64,000 bases of DNA from the NCBI RefSeq assembly GCF_009914755.1, contig NC_060943.1. One strand, given 5' to 3'. Positions 44,966-64,000 of this stretch are shown in pieces (within the stretch, counting starts at the first letter, position 1; each line of letters opens with the position of its first letter). The notes below the pieces were generated by a model, which saw nothing but the letters and a program-made list of their open reading frames with translations, ran no database searches and was not told the DNA's origin. The translations under genes and the position numbers were made by a program. The stretch comes from the human T2T-CHM13v2.0 reference genome, Homo sapiens.

Positions 44966-46489
44966 TCAGCTATTTAGGAGGCTGAGGTGGGAGGATTGCT
45001 TGAATTCAGGCAGTTGAGGCTGCAGTGAGCTGTGACTGAGCCGTTGCACTCCAGCCTGGGCAACAGAGCAAGTCCCTGTCTCAAAAAAAAGAAAAGAAAA
45101 AGAGAGAGAGTTTGAAGTAGAACTTGCTGTGAGGTTTCTTGTGCACAGGTGTTTTTGAGGGAGAAGATCAGGACAGAGCAAGGGAATGAGCTAAGCAAGG
45201 AAGTGGTCTTAGCTGGAGTCCAGCCTTAGCCGGATCCCATGGGGAGCCCTGGAGTGTGACTGGTGCCACCAGGTTGGTCTCACCCTGGGGGCATGGGGCT
45301 GGCCTTCTGCACCTCTGTGACCATCCGTTATGGCTGTGGGCTGGGTCTGAGGGTTTGCACAGTTGCTCAGCTGAGGAGAAGGGGGAAGCTGTGAGCTATG
45401 AGCTATTGTAGGCAGCACTCACTCACAGCAGCCCCAGGATGGGTGCACCAGCCTGGGAAAGGTCAGTGAGCAGAGCGTTGACTGCACCCACAACAGGGAC
45501 TTCAAGTATTTTATAATCACTGGGGGGCTTTTTGTTGTTGTTTTTTTGAGACAGGGTCTCACTCTGTTGCCCAGGCTGGAGTGTACTGGTGCCATCACGG
45601 CTCACTGTGACCTTGACCTCCTGGGCTCAAGCAATCCTCCCGAGTAGCTGGGACTACAGGCATACACCACTAGGCCTGGCTTATTAAAAATTTTCTTTTA
45701 TAGAGATGGGGTTTCTCCATGTTGCTCAAGCTGGCCTTGAACTCCTGGGCTCAAACAGTCCTCCCACCTTGGCCTCCTGAGTAGCTGGGACCACAGGTGT
45801 GCACCAGCCACTATGCCCAACTAATTAAAAAAAAATTTTTTTCTGTAGATTCAGGATCTCAGTATGTTGCCTTGAACTCCTGGGCTCAAGCGATCCTCCT
45901 GCCTTGATTTCCCAAAGTGGTGGGATTACAGGCATGAGCCACTGTGTCTAGCTGATCACTAGGGCTTTAGGGGGAGTGGAGATCAATAAAACAAGATGGG
46001 GAGACCAGAGTCAGACTACGTAGAGCCTTGAGTGCCATATTAATAAGCCTGAACTTCATCCTGAGGGCAATAGGGAGCCATGGAAGGGTTTAGAGTCTAA
46101 GCAGGGCGTGGACAGGTTAGGCAGGGATTCCCCAACTTCCCTGCCCCTTCCCGGCACTCTGTGTGACGGTAAGTGATGTTCCTGCAGCTCCCCAGGCTGA
46201 TTTCTTCAATCTTGAGAGTCCCTTGTATTCCCCTTTGCTAGGGAAGTCATTAGGGGTTAGATTTTGTAAGCTTCTTGGCCAGAATTGTTGATTTCCTCTT
46301 CCACATCTTTCCCCTTCCTGTTCTTACACCCCCACCCGCAACTCTGCAGGGCCGCTGCAGGACAGTCTTTATATAGCTTCGGTCACCTCTGTGGGTTTGA
46401 AGGGTGTCTGGAGTCTTGGGTTTTCAGTGTCTCACTAGGACCCGATACCCTGCCTGTGGTAGGTGGGATAAAGGGCCTCCTCTCCCTCC

Positions 46490-47560
<1,071 letters not shown>

Positions 47561-48075
47561 AGCCTCATCCCATCCCCATCCCCAGAAGGGATCTGGGTTT
47601 GATTGCAAAACCTTCCAACTCTTTAGCCCAGCCTCCAAATGTCGAATCCTTCTTCTGTCTCAAACTCCCCTGCTACATCTAGACAGTCCCCAAATTCGGT
47701 TGTTCCTGCCTCCTAAATTCTCCGTCACTATAGCCCCTGCCCCAGACCAGGCCACTGTTCTCTTCTCTCTCCTGGCTGTATCCCCAGCCTCCTCCCTATC
47801 TGCCCACCTGTGAACCCATCCTGTCCAATACCCACCTACAAAACACAAACATAAAATTCCAACCTGAGCCTGTGGCTCCTTTGCTGAACCTCCTTTTATT
47901 GCCCCGAGGGTAAAGCCTAAACTCTTTCACCCACCTTATAAGGTTCTGTCTGATATGAAATTTGCTGGCTTCTCCAATTCAAATTTTGCTGGTATCAGGA
48001 TTTTTTCTATGAGTAGCTGCAACTATTTAGCATGGTGGAATAATAATAATACCAATAATAACTAATAGTATTTAA

Positions 48076-48363
<288 letters not shown>

Positions 48364-48512
48364 TAGCCGGGCTGGTCTCAATCTCCTGACCTCATGATCC
48401 ACCCGCCTTGGCCTCCCAAAGTACTGGGATTACAGGCATGAGCCACCACACCTGGCCCTAGTTAGACACATTATTACCCTCATTTTATTAATGGTGAAAA
48501 CTGCTTCTTAGG

Positions 48513-49207
48513 TGTATTGGTTATCTCTTGCTGTGTATCAAATTACTCCAAAACTTAGCAGCTTAAAATAGGGAACTTTTAGTCTCTTACAGTTTCTGAG
48601 GATCAGGAGTCTGGGGGTGGCTGAGCTGAATAATTCTGGCTCAAGCTCTTGCTTGAGGTTATAGTCAAGCCATTGACCAGGGCTGGCTCATCTGAAAGTT
48701 CGACTGGGGTGGGAAGATTTGCTTCCAAGGCAGCTCACTCACATGACTGTTGGTGGGAGGCTCAGTTCCTCCACAGCACTGCTTGAATCTCCTTACAACA
48801 TGGCGACTGGCTACTCCCCAGTGCATGACCCTGGAAAGAGAGAGCAACGAGGATGCCACAATGGCACGTATGACCTAGTCACAAACTGTCATGTGCTCCT
48901 TTTTCTGATCAATAGAAACAAGTCACACTGGGCATAGTGTCTCATACGTGTAATCCCAGCACTTTGGGAGGCTGAGGCAGGAAGACCACTTGGGCCCAGA
49001 GTTCAAGACCAGCCTGGGCAACATAGCAAGATCCTATCTCTGCAAACAAACAAAAAGTCAGCTGGGTGTGGTGGCACATGCTTGTCATCCCAGCTACTTG
49101 GGAGGCTCATGTAGGAGGATCACTTGAGCCCAGGACTTGGAGGCTGCAATGAGCTATGATCATGCCACTGTACTCCAGCCTGGGCAACAGAGCAAAATTC
49201 TGTCTTA

Positions 49208-49238
<31 letters not shown>

Positions 49239-49332
49239 AACAAGTCACTAAGTCTATGTTCAAGGAGAGAGGGATTAGTCTCTACCACCTGAAGAGTATG
49301 AAAGAACTGATGGATATGTTAAAACCACCACA
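48513..49332 (-). mobile_element. MLT1F-like LTR interrupted by an AluJ
   Basis: tgtattggttatctcttgctgtg...aaacttagcagcttaaa...atgttaaaaccaccaca. Confidence 0.7.
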
Positions 49333-49378
49333 TTGGTCTTCCTGCCTCTAGAGTCCACACTCCTGGATACACTGAACA

Positions 49379-50798
<1,420 letters not shown>

Positions 50799-51244
50799 GG
50801 ACTCTGGATACAGCGTGGAACAGAAAAATGTAGAAGGAAGCTGGGTGCGGTGGCTCACACCAGCAATCCCAGCACTTTGGGAGGGTATCGTGGGAGGATT
50901 GATTGAGCCCAGGAGTTCAGGACCAGAGACCAGCCTGGGCAACATTACCAGACTCCATCTCTACCAAAAAGTGTTAAAAAAAAAATTAGCCAGGCATGGT
51001 AGCAGGTGCCTGTAGTCCTGCTACTCAGGAGGCTGAGGTGGGAGGACTGCTGAAGCCCAGGAGATGGAGGCTGCAGTAAGCTGTGATTGCACCACTGCAC
51101 TCCAGCCTGGGCAACAGAGCGAGACTCTCTAAAAGAAATAAAAATTTTTTAAAAATTTAAAAATTACAGAGGGGGCCGGGCCTGGTGGCTCATGCCTGTA
51201 ATCCTAGCACTTTGGGAGGCTGAGGTGGGTGGATGACAAGGTCA

Positions 51245-51604
<360 letters not shown>

Positions 51605-52194
51605 TTATCTCCTGCTCATTCTCCAGGGCTAAGCTTAGACGTTAGCTCCTTTGGGAGGCCATTCTCTCAACCCCCAACCTGGGTCAGGCCTCCTCTGGCC
51701 AAGTAATAGCTTCCTCACCTCTGGCTTTCTGTATCTTACAATGGGGAGGACAATCCTGTCTTTTCCCCAGCAACCCTGGGGTGTTGGGCGTGTGGACATC
51801 ATCCATGCCTGATAACAATACCAACCATCTCAACCAAGGGAAATGAGAAGTCAAAAGACACCAAGAGTCAGAAGCCAACAAGTTAGAGCTGGTGTTTCTG
51901 TTTATGGAGCTCATGGCAGGCACTCACCTGCCGCATATGCTGAGCGGTTTCCAGCATCCCTACATGCTCAAGGATCCTGTGGGACAGGGCTGATCATTAT
52001 CCCTATTCTCCTGATAAGAGACTGAGGCTCAGAGAGGTGAATCACCTCCTGTGGTCACTTTGGAAATACCTTACAGAGTCAGGATTTGAACCCATGGCTG
52101 TCTGAGTTCAGTTCCTGTCACTGCAATAACCAACACTTGGAACGTTGGGTGCCAGGCTCTGTTCTTGGTATGCCATATATACTCACTCCTCTGA

Positions 52195-52528
<334 letters not shown>

Positions 52529-52721
52529 TAATGCGCCCATTTTACAGATGAGAATATTTGAGGCAAGCAGTGGAGGTGGGATTTGAACCTCTGGCAATAT
52601 GTTTCCAGAGTTCATCTCCAGTGCTTCCGGAAACCACAATGCAGCTCTGTTTGTACCCCTTCCTGGTGGAATTTACTGTATTTTCATGCTGACTCTTAAG
52701 TTCAGCCTCTCCAGGCAGTGT

Positions 52722-53659
<938 letters not shown>

Positions 53660-53697
53660 TGAAGGCACAAACAGAAAGCCACTGATGAATCTGGCTA

Positions 53698-53898
<201 letters not shown>

Positions 53899-54190
53899 TC
53901 ACGCCACTGCACTCCAGCCTGGGTGACAGAGCGAGAGTCCATCTCAGAAAAAAAAATAAAATAAAATAAAAAAAGAAAGCCATTGGTGAATCTTTGTTCC
54001 AGTGACAATAACTCCAAAGCTGGTAGTTTGCTTTGCAAAGAACAAAAGGGGAAGGCAAAAACACGTGGAGCTTTTCTTTCTAAGAATTCGGGGATGTTCT
54101 ATGCACCTCCTTTGTACCTTGTGACAGCTGCTATCAGTGGCTGCCCACACCCATAACCTAACAACACATTAATATGCCCTAGCTTAACGC

Positions 54191-55806
<1,616 letters not shown>

Positions 55807-55869
55807 ATATCTGCCAGTCACTACACTTTGTTATCAGTGGGATTACATCAACTGGAGCCCATTCTATCT

Positions 55870-56215
55870 GCTTGGAGGCCAGGCCTGAAGATTCAAGGGG
55901 TTGACACCCTCTAGGAGCAAGCCTCAAGTCAACCCATGACTGACAGTAGGTGGGATATAAATACCTCAGCTCCCTCACCCCTCGGTTGGAATAACTGAAG
56001 AGTATGTTCCATGCCGCTCCCCAGTCATCCCTGGGGAGGTTAAGTTCCACTTTCTCACCATGTAACTTATTTGAAGACACACCCAGTATTGGCTCTTTGC
56101 CTTTCCTGATTCACTTTCTCCTCCCCCAGCTGGTGCTTTCTGGGGCCACCTTCTTGATAAACTACTTTTGCTAGAATCCTTGTCTGAGGGTCTGCCCTTG
56201 TGAGACCCTAAGATG
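55870..56215 (+). mobile_element. Old ERVL LTR (LTR16-like) fragment
   Basis: tataaatacctcagctccctcacccctcgg...aaactacttttgc...aatccttgtctgagggtctg. Confidence 0.55.
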
Positions 56216-56229
56216 TTACCAGAGAGAGT

Positions 56230-56926
56230 TAGGAAGCTGGGAATGGGGTGGAAGTGTTGCTGTATAATCGTCAGACAGAGTTGAGATCTGAAGGAAAATA
56301 AGATGGTTAAAGCTCTTGACTCTGGAATCAGAGGGTCCTGGGTTCAAATCTCAAGTCTGAGAGATCTTGGACAAGTTATAACTCCTCTGCAAGTCTCAGT
56401 TTCCATTTTGTTGGTGAATAGAGGGAGGGAGGGGAATTCCTACTTTACAAGGTTAACATGATAATGAAATTACACTTTGTTGCCAATGTGCCTAGCACAC
56501 TGCCTGGTACATGATGGTTGTGATGGCTGTCTTTATACGGGAGACTGGGAAGAGACCCTAAAGGCTGAGATTTGCTTCACTGGAGGCAGGAAGCGGAAGC
56601 TCCTTTATTGGGTGCAATGAAAGAAGGTGTTGAGAGATGGGAGATAGATGTTGATGGGAAAGAAAAAGGGAGAGACCATGGGAAGGAGAGAGAGAGAGAA
56701 TGATATACATTAGGCAGATTAACTTCTCTTTATTGTGAAGAAAGGGGGAAATTAGGATTTTCTAGGCTGTCTTTTAGTTGCAGCAAGTCAGCAAAAAGGG
56801 CTATGATGACCAGGCAGCATTGAGCAACTCTGACTCCGCCTTCCCCTCTTCGCACACCTTCTGGTTACTGAAAACCCAGCGTTAGTAGAAAAGTTTCTTT
56901 TCTTTGAATGACAGAACTACAGCATA
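56230..56926 (+). promoter_or_regulatory. ADGRE1: ADGRE1 TATA-less, purine-rich myeloid-type promoter
   Basis: Immediately 5' of exon 1. GGAAGT 56250, NF-kB-like GGGGAATTCC 56431-56440, tandem ETS GGAAGCGGAAG 56589-56599, AGATAG 56642, C/EBP-like ATTGAGCAAC 56819-56828, PU.1-like CTTCCCCTCT ~56840-56849. Confidence 0.7.
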
Positions 56927-56957
56927 ATGCGTGGCTTCAACCTGCTCCTCTTCTGGG
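56927..56957 (+). CDS. ADGRE1: ADGRE1 (EMR1) exon 1 coding part, signal peptide start
   Basis: cataATGCGTGGC...TGGG|gtgagt; MRGFNLLLFW(G), the recalled ADGRE1 N-terminus; A at -3. Confidence 0.94.
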
Positions 56958-58252
56958 GTGAGTGTGAGGCTGAATGGGGGGCTAGGGGAGGCCTGGATTG
57001 GAAATAGACTTCAGGAGAAATGGGAGGGCCATGGATGGTCCAGCCAAGAGATCATAAGTCCAGACTGGATGCTGCAAACACCTTCATTCAGGGAACCTTT
57101 GACAAAATTCCATAGCTCAGGGAAGTCCATCTGTTAGGATAGATTTTTCTCTATAGTCATTCATTTGACCTGAGCAAGTCCTGTGTGTCAGGTGCTGTTC
57201 TAGGCACTAGAGGATATAGCAGTGAGAAAAAAAGACTAAGTTCCTGCACTCTTGAGGCTGATATTCTAGTGGGTAGGAGCAGACAGGAAAGAAGGCACAG
57301 ATGATCATAGCCCACTTAGCACTGCTGTAACTTCTTTAAACATAGAGTGTATCCAATTGTCACAACATTTCTATGACATTGGGTCATTATTAGTCCTATT
57401 TTGCAAATGAGAAAACTGAGGCAAAAGAGATAAAATAATTTTCCCAAGGCCACTTAGTCAATAAGGGGTAGAGGCAGGATTTCAAGCCAGACAGTCTGAC
57501 TTCAGAGTCTGTAAGCTTTTCCACTATACTATGTTGCCCCAAAAAATAAGTAAACATAGGAATTTCAGGTAGTGATAAGTGCTATGAAAGAAGTTGTTAT
57601 AGAATGTGGTCGGGAGTTATGTTGAAGGGAGAAGTCTGGGGTTGAGGAGGGGCAGTTCGAGCTGAGTCCTGAAGGATGAGATAGACCCTTCCTGTGCTCT
57701 TATTTCTCTTTCTTCAGGTGTCAGTTTGTCTCAGCCTTGTTTATCTTCTGTGTTTCTGGTTTTTCTTCTATGTCTTGTGTGTTTTGGTCATTGGATCAAA
57801 TTTAAGAATGGAGGATATTGGGGACATATTCTAAGTAGCAAGTATGGGTTTCCTCTGCTGTTGAAGAGTGGATCTGAATACCCTATTTTACCAAGGAGGA
57901 AACTGAGGCACAAAGAGATTAAATAACTTCCTCAAGGCCACGCAATCATTAATTGGTGAAGCCAGATTTTTAAACCTAAGCACTTTGACTTCAGACTTTG
58001 TATGCCTAAACAGCATGCTGAATTACCTCTAAAATAATTAATGAATGAGTAGAAGAATTTTTGTTAGTAATAATAGATAGAATTTGGGAGTTTAGATCTG
58101 TGGGACTTGTTGACTGGCAGGCTACATTAGAAGAAATAGGTGGCCTGTGGACATCAAATGTAGGCATGCAGAGTTGTTATTTTGGGGTGTTGGCAATGGT
58201 ATTAACCATTAACACTCCCTATTCTGCCCTGAAGATAATCAGCAAAGAGTTG

Positions 58253-58674
58253 TGATAATGATAGTGATGATAATGATCATGATGGTGGTGGTTATAATAG
58301 TGATGATGAAAATGGTGATGATGATGGTGATGGTGATGATGATGATGATGATAATGGTGATGATAGTGATAATGAAGATGATGGTGATGATGATGGTGTG
58401 ATAATGACCATGAAGATGGTGATGATGGTGATGATGATAATGGTGATGATAGGGATAATGATGATGATGGTGGTGATGATGGTGTGATAATGACGATGAA
58501 GATGGTGATGTTGGTGATTATGGTGGTGATGATGATGATGGTGGTGATGGTGATAATGGTGATGGTGATGATGATAATGGTGATGATGGTGATAATAATG
58601 ATGATGATGATGGTGATGATGAAGATGATGATGGTGATGATGATAGTGATAATGATGGCGATAATGATGATGGT
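58253..58674. repeat. (GAT/GGT)n trinucleotide low-complexity repeat in ADGRE1 intron 1
   Basis: ~420 nt of tga/tgg/taa triplets. Confidence 0.96.
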
Positions 58675-59275
58675 GCAGGAGACCTAAATGCTGCAGGGCT
58701 GCATTGCCTTTAAACACTAAAAAATGGGCAGGGCGCAGTGGCTCACGCTTGTAATCCCAGCACTTTAGGAGGCTGAGGCAGGCAGATCATGAGGTCAGGA
58801 GATCGAGACCATCCTGGCCAACATGGAGAAACCCCGTTTCTACTAAAAATGCAAAAATTAGCTGGGCGTGGTGGTGCGTGCTTGTAATCCCAGCTACTCG
58901 GGAGGCTGAGGCAGGAGAATAGCTTGAACCAGGGAGTTGGTGGTTGCAGTGAGCCTAGATCACGCTACTGCACTCCAGCCTGGTGACAGAGTGAGACTCC
59001 ATCTCAAAAAAAAAAAAAAAAAAAAAAAGGAAAGAAAAACGAATTGCCCTACCCTCTCATGAAATGTTAATACTACAGATATACTGTATACCTATATATG
59101 TATTTTCTATATATACATATGTATCTTATACATAAAAGAGTAAGCTTAAAAAGATCTCTTCCTGAGAACCAAGTTTGGGTCCTTAGAGGATATATCACCC
59201 CTTTTGAGAATGCATGCTTTAATGTATGTTTTTGAAAATCAGCTAGAACTTTTTTTTTTAGACAGGGTCACCTAG

Positions 59276-59528
<253 letters not shown>

Positions 59529-59798
59529 TAGCCTGGAACTATTTAATCAAAAAGAAAAAGAAGATAAAGACAGACAAAATGAAAAGCAAAAGCAAAGTAC
59601 AGAAAACCAGGAATGGTCATTGTTAAGCTTATGCAAAATAGTGTATGTTTGTTCCTTAACTAGGTTTGTCATCTAGCCTCTTCAAACCTATTTCTGTGGG
59701 GCCAAGCCAGGAGTAATTTTGCAGGTTGAGCCCAAAAGGTTTTTTTTTTTTTTTTTTTTTTTGGTGGTTCATGGTGTTTTTCTTTTCTTTCTTCACAG

Positions 59799-59861
59799 GA
59801 TGTTGTGTTATGCACAGCTGGGAAGGGCACATAAGACCCACACGGAAACCAAACACAAAGG
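59799..59861 (+). CDS. ADGRE1: ADGRE1 exon 2
   Basis: long pyrimidine tract + cacag|GATG...AAAGG|gtaagt; 63 nt, phase 1-1, (G)CCVMHSWEGHIRPTRKPNTK(G); the gene continues beyond the window. Confidence 0.94.
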
Positions 59862-60340
59862 GTAAGTTGGCCAGAGAGAATGCAGATGCCTGAAGGGGTA
59901 GAGAAAGTTTTCTCCCCGGGGAAACATCCCAGGAAGCTGAGCCTCATCCAGATGCTTGCTGGGAGCTAGTTAGCGGCAGAGCAAGGGTTAACATGCAAGT
60001 CTCCTGATTCTCACTTCAGGCTCTTTCCTTTGTGCTTAGAATTGCTGTGTGATCTCAGATAAGTCACATAACCTCTCTGAACTTCAGTTTCCCAAGCTGT
60101 GAAATACAGATAACAATAGGGATGTTGTGAAACTTTAATTCAAAGAGGTAGCTTTGGAAACCACCTGGTATGTAGTATGAGCTTTATAAATGGTAGTGTA
60201 GTGAGAGTAGGGATGGAATTTACTCAAACTACAACTCAATGTGCAAAAAAAAAGTGACTTCTTTATGTTTTGTTAAATACTCTCATCTACATAAACTCTT
60301 GCTGGATAAAGGAAGAAAGACATTGTCAGTTCGTAGTTGT

Positions 60341-60972
<632 letters not shown>

Positions 60973-61992
60973 TAGAAACCAGGCTGGTCTTGAACTCCTT
61001 AGGTGATCTGCTCACCCCAGCCTTCCGAAGTGCTGGGATTACAGGCATGAGCCACTGCGCCTGGCCCCTTTGTAGGACTTTTTCAAAAGGGCTTTATTGA
61101 GATGGTTGGGAAAATTTTCTCAAGGAAGTGATGTTCCAGTGGACTTAAAGGATGGATGAATTGATGTTACCCAGGCAAAGGGGCAGGGTGGGATAGGGCA
61201 TGTCTGGTGGCCAGAACGGTGGGTGCAAAGGTCCTGAGGTTGGAAAGAATTTGGAGGACCGAGCGAAGGTGAGTGTGACTGATGACACAGGGCAGGAGAT
61301 GAGATGGGGAGGTGGACAGGTACCTAGTCCCACAAGACCGGGTTGTTACTCTGACCTTGGTGGGTTTCAGTTGTGAGGGAGAGGGCTAGTGGAAGAGAAT
61401 GATGGGAAACTTACAGCATTAAGAGACCACAAGTGATAAAATGCCGGAAGTCTGCATAGAGAAATGTTGCCTCTACAGATGAAAGAGGAAGCTGGAAATG
61501 AGAAGAGAGATACCATCTGAGGCCTCATGCAGGGAAGGGAAATAAACAAGGCACATTATAGGAGCAAAGAACGTAGATCTCAAAACCAAATGTGTAACAA
61601 AAACAGGGTGAATAATGTCACAATCACGATAATCCATTCCTTCTGTTTTTATGATACTTTTTAGTTTTTCCATACTCCTAATTGATGTTGGCATTATCGT
61701 TGGTTCCTCTCTTTTCACTCCTCACATCCAATCCATCGGCAAATTTTGTTAGTGTTGCTTTAAAAAAATCCTGAATTGCATTCCCTTCATTGATTCCCTC
61801 TGGGTTGTATCTACTGACATCTTTCACCTGGACAAGTGCAGTCACCCCCTCCTTGGTCAGTTTATTTCTGATCTTCTATAGTTCGTCTTCCAACCAGTGG
61901 CCAGAAGGCTCATGTTAAAACCTTATGTTGTGTCCCTACTCTGCTCGAAATCCTCCCATGACTCCCATCTTTCTTTGATAAAAAACCCAACT

Positions 61993-62925
<933 letters not shown>

Positions 62926-63049
62926 ATGTACTTTGGATTTTGAAAGGTCTGGCTCTGCTGCTCTCCAGCAGATGTGGTTGTGTGTCTTTGGGTAAGTCAC
63001 TCAACCTCTCTGAGTCATGTTTTATTTTCACATATGGGTATTGGGAATG

Positions 63050-63560
63050 GTGTCCATTTCCTGTGGCTGCTGTAACAAATTGCCACAAACTTGGTCGCTT
63101 AAAACAAAAAAAACTTACCTATCATTCTGGAGGTCAGAAGTCTGAAATGGGTCCCACTGGGCTAAAATAGAGGCAATGGCAGGGCTGCGTTCCTTCTGGA
63201 TGCTGTACGGAAGAACTATTTTCTTACTTTTTCCTGTATCTAGGGTCAACCATGTTTCTTGGCTCATGTCCCCTTCCCCCAACTTCAAAGCCAGCAGTGG
63301 CTGGCCAGCTCTTTCTTACATCACATCACTCTGACAATGCTTTTCTTGGTTTCAGCTTTCACTTATAAAGACTCTTGTGGTTACATTCATTGCCCCTGGA
63401 TGATCCAAGATAATATGCCCATCTTGAGATCAGCATGATTAGCAACCTTAATTCCATCTGCAACCTTAATTCCTCCTTCGCCATGGACCATAACATATTC
63501 ACAGGTTCCAGGGATTAGGACATGGTCCTCTTGGAAGGGTCTGTTATTCTGCCTGCCACA
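63050..63560 (-). mobile_element. MLT1C/D-like LTR
   Basis: ggctgctgtaacaaattgccacaaactt...taacatattcacaggttccagggattaggac...attctgcctgccaca. Confidence 0.75.
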
Positions 63561-64000
63561 AGGATGACAGCAGCAAGTGAGCCTCTTTCCTAGCACCTGG
63601 GAGCCTGCTCCCACCTGTGGTCTTGTCCTTTTGAAGCTCACAGTGTGGTGGTGAAGGTGGCCATGAAGGAGCAACTCACTGAAACAATCAAGCAGTCACG
63701 GTTTTGATGAATTCCATAAAAGAAGAGCTCAGGGAGCTGTGGAGGAGTCAGGGAAGGCTTCCTGGAGGAAGTGATGCTAAAGCAAGATCTGAAAAATGAG
63801 TGGAAGCTGGCCAGGCAAAGCAGAGGCAGAGGGAACAGCATGTGCAAAGGCCCTGTGGTAGGAAGGCTAGAAATGGAGTGCAAAGAGAAACTGACATGAT
63901 GAGGCTGAATGATGTGGTTGGGTCTGGTCACTGGGGGCTTTGCAGTTCATGTTGAGTAATTTGAGTTTTATTTCTAAGGAGAACAAAGAGCATTATAGGC

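Noticed and set aside
58292-58717. Poly-His and poly-Met ORFs
   Set aside because: GAT/GGT repeat artefacts

Overview
This is human (primate) genomic DNA, recognisable as the VAV1-ADGRE1 locus on 19p13.3. The left ~26.7 kb holds the last 13 exons of VAV1 (exons 15-27, + strand). They have canonical AG/GT borders and splice into 1140 nt, i.e. 379 aa plus stop (W467-C845: end of PH, C1, N-SH3, SH2, C-SH3). A short 3'UTR with AATAAA follows. A ~30 kb intergenic stretch is dominated by Alu, L1, ERV LTRs (MER41B, LTR8, LTR13A, LTR22, LTR9, MLT1/MLT2) and a piggyBac-family MER75. The promoter and first two coding exons of ADGRE1 (EMR1, human F4/80 orthologue) come next. Nearly all ORFs in the supplied track are Alu, L1 or low-complexity artefacts. 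I see no convincing new gene or multi-gene system. The best unexplained structures are: (1) a two-template inverted/direct local duplication with a perfect junction hairpin at 49.4-51.9 kb; (2) a full-length Alu carrying a 3' flank with AATAAA and a second A-tail inside one TSD; (3) a tailless, internally primed Alu; (4) a CTCF pair plus a GAS-bearing MER41B between the genes; (5) candidate cryptic exons in VAV1 intron 22 and ADGRE1 intron 1. Repeat family names come from remembered consensus sequences, not from a database search.
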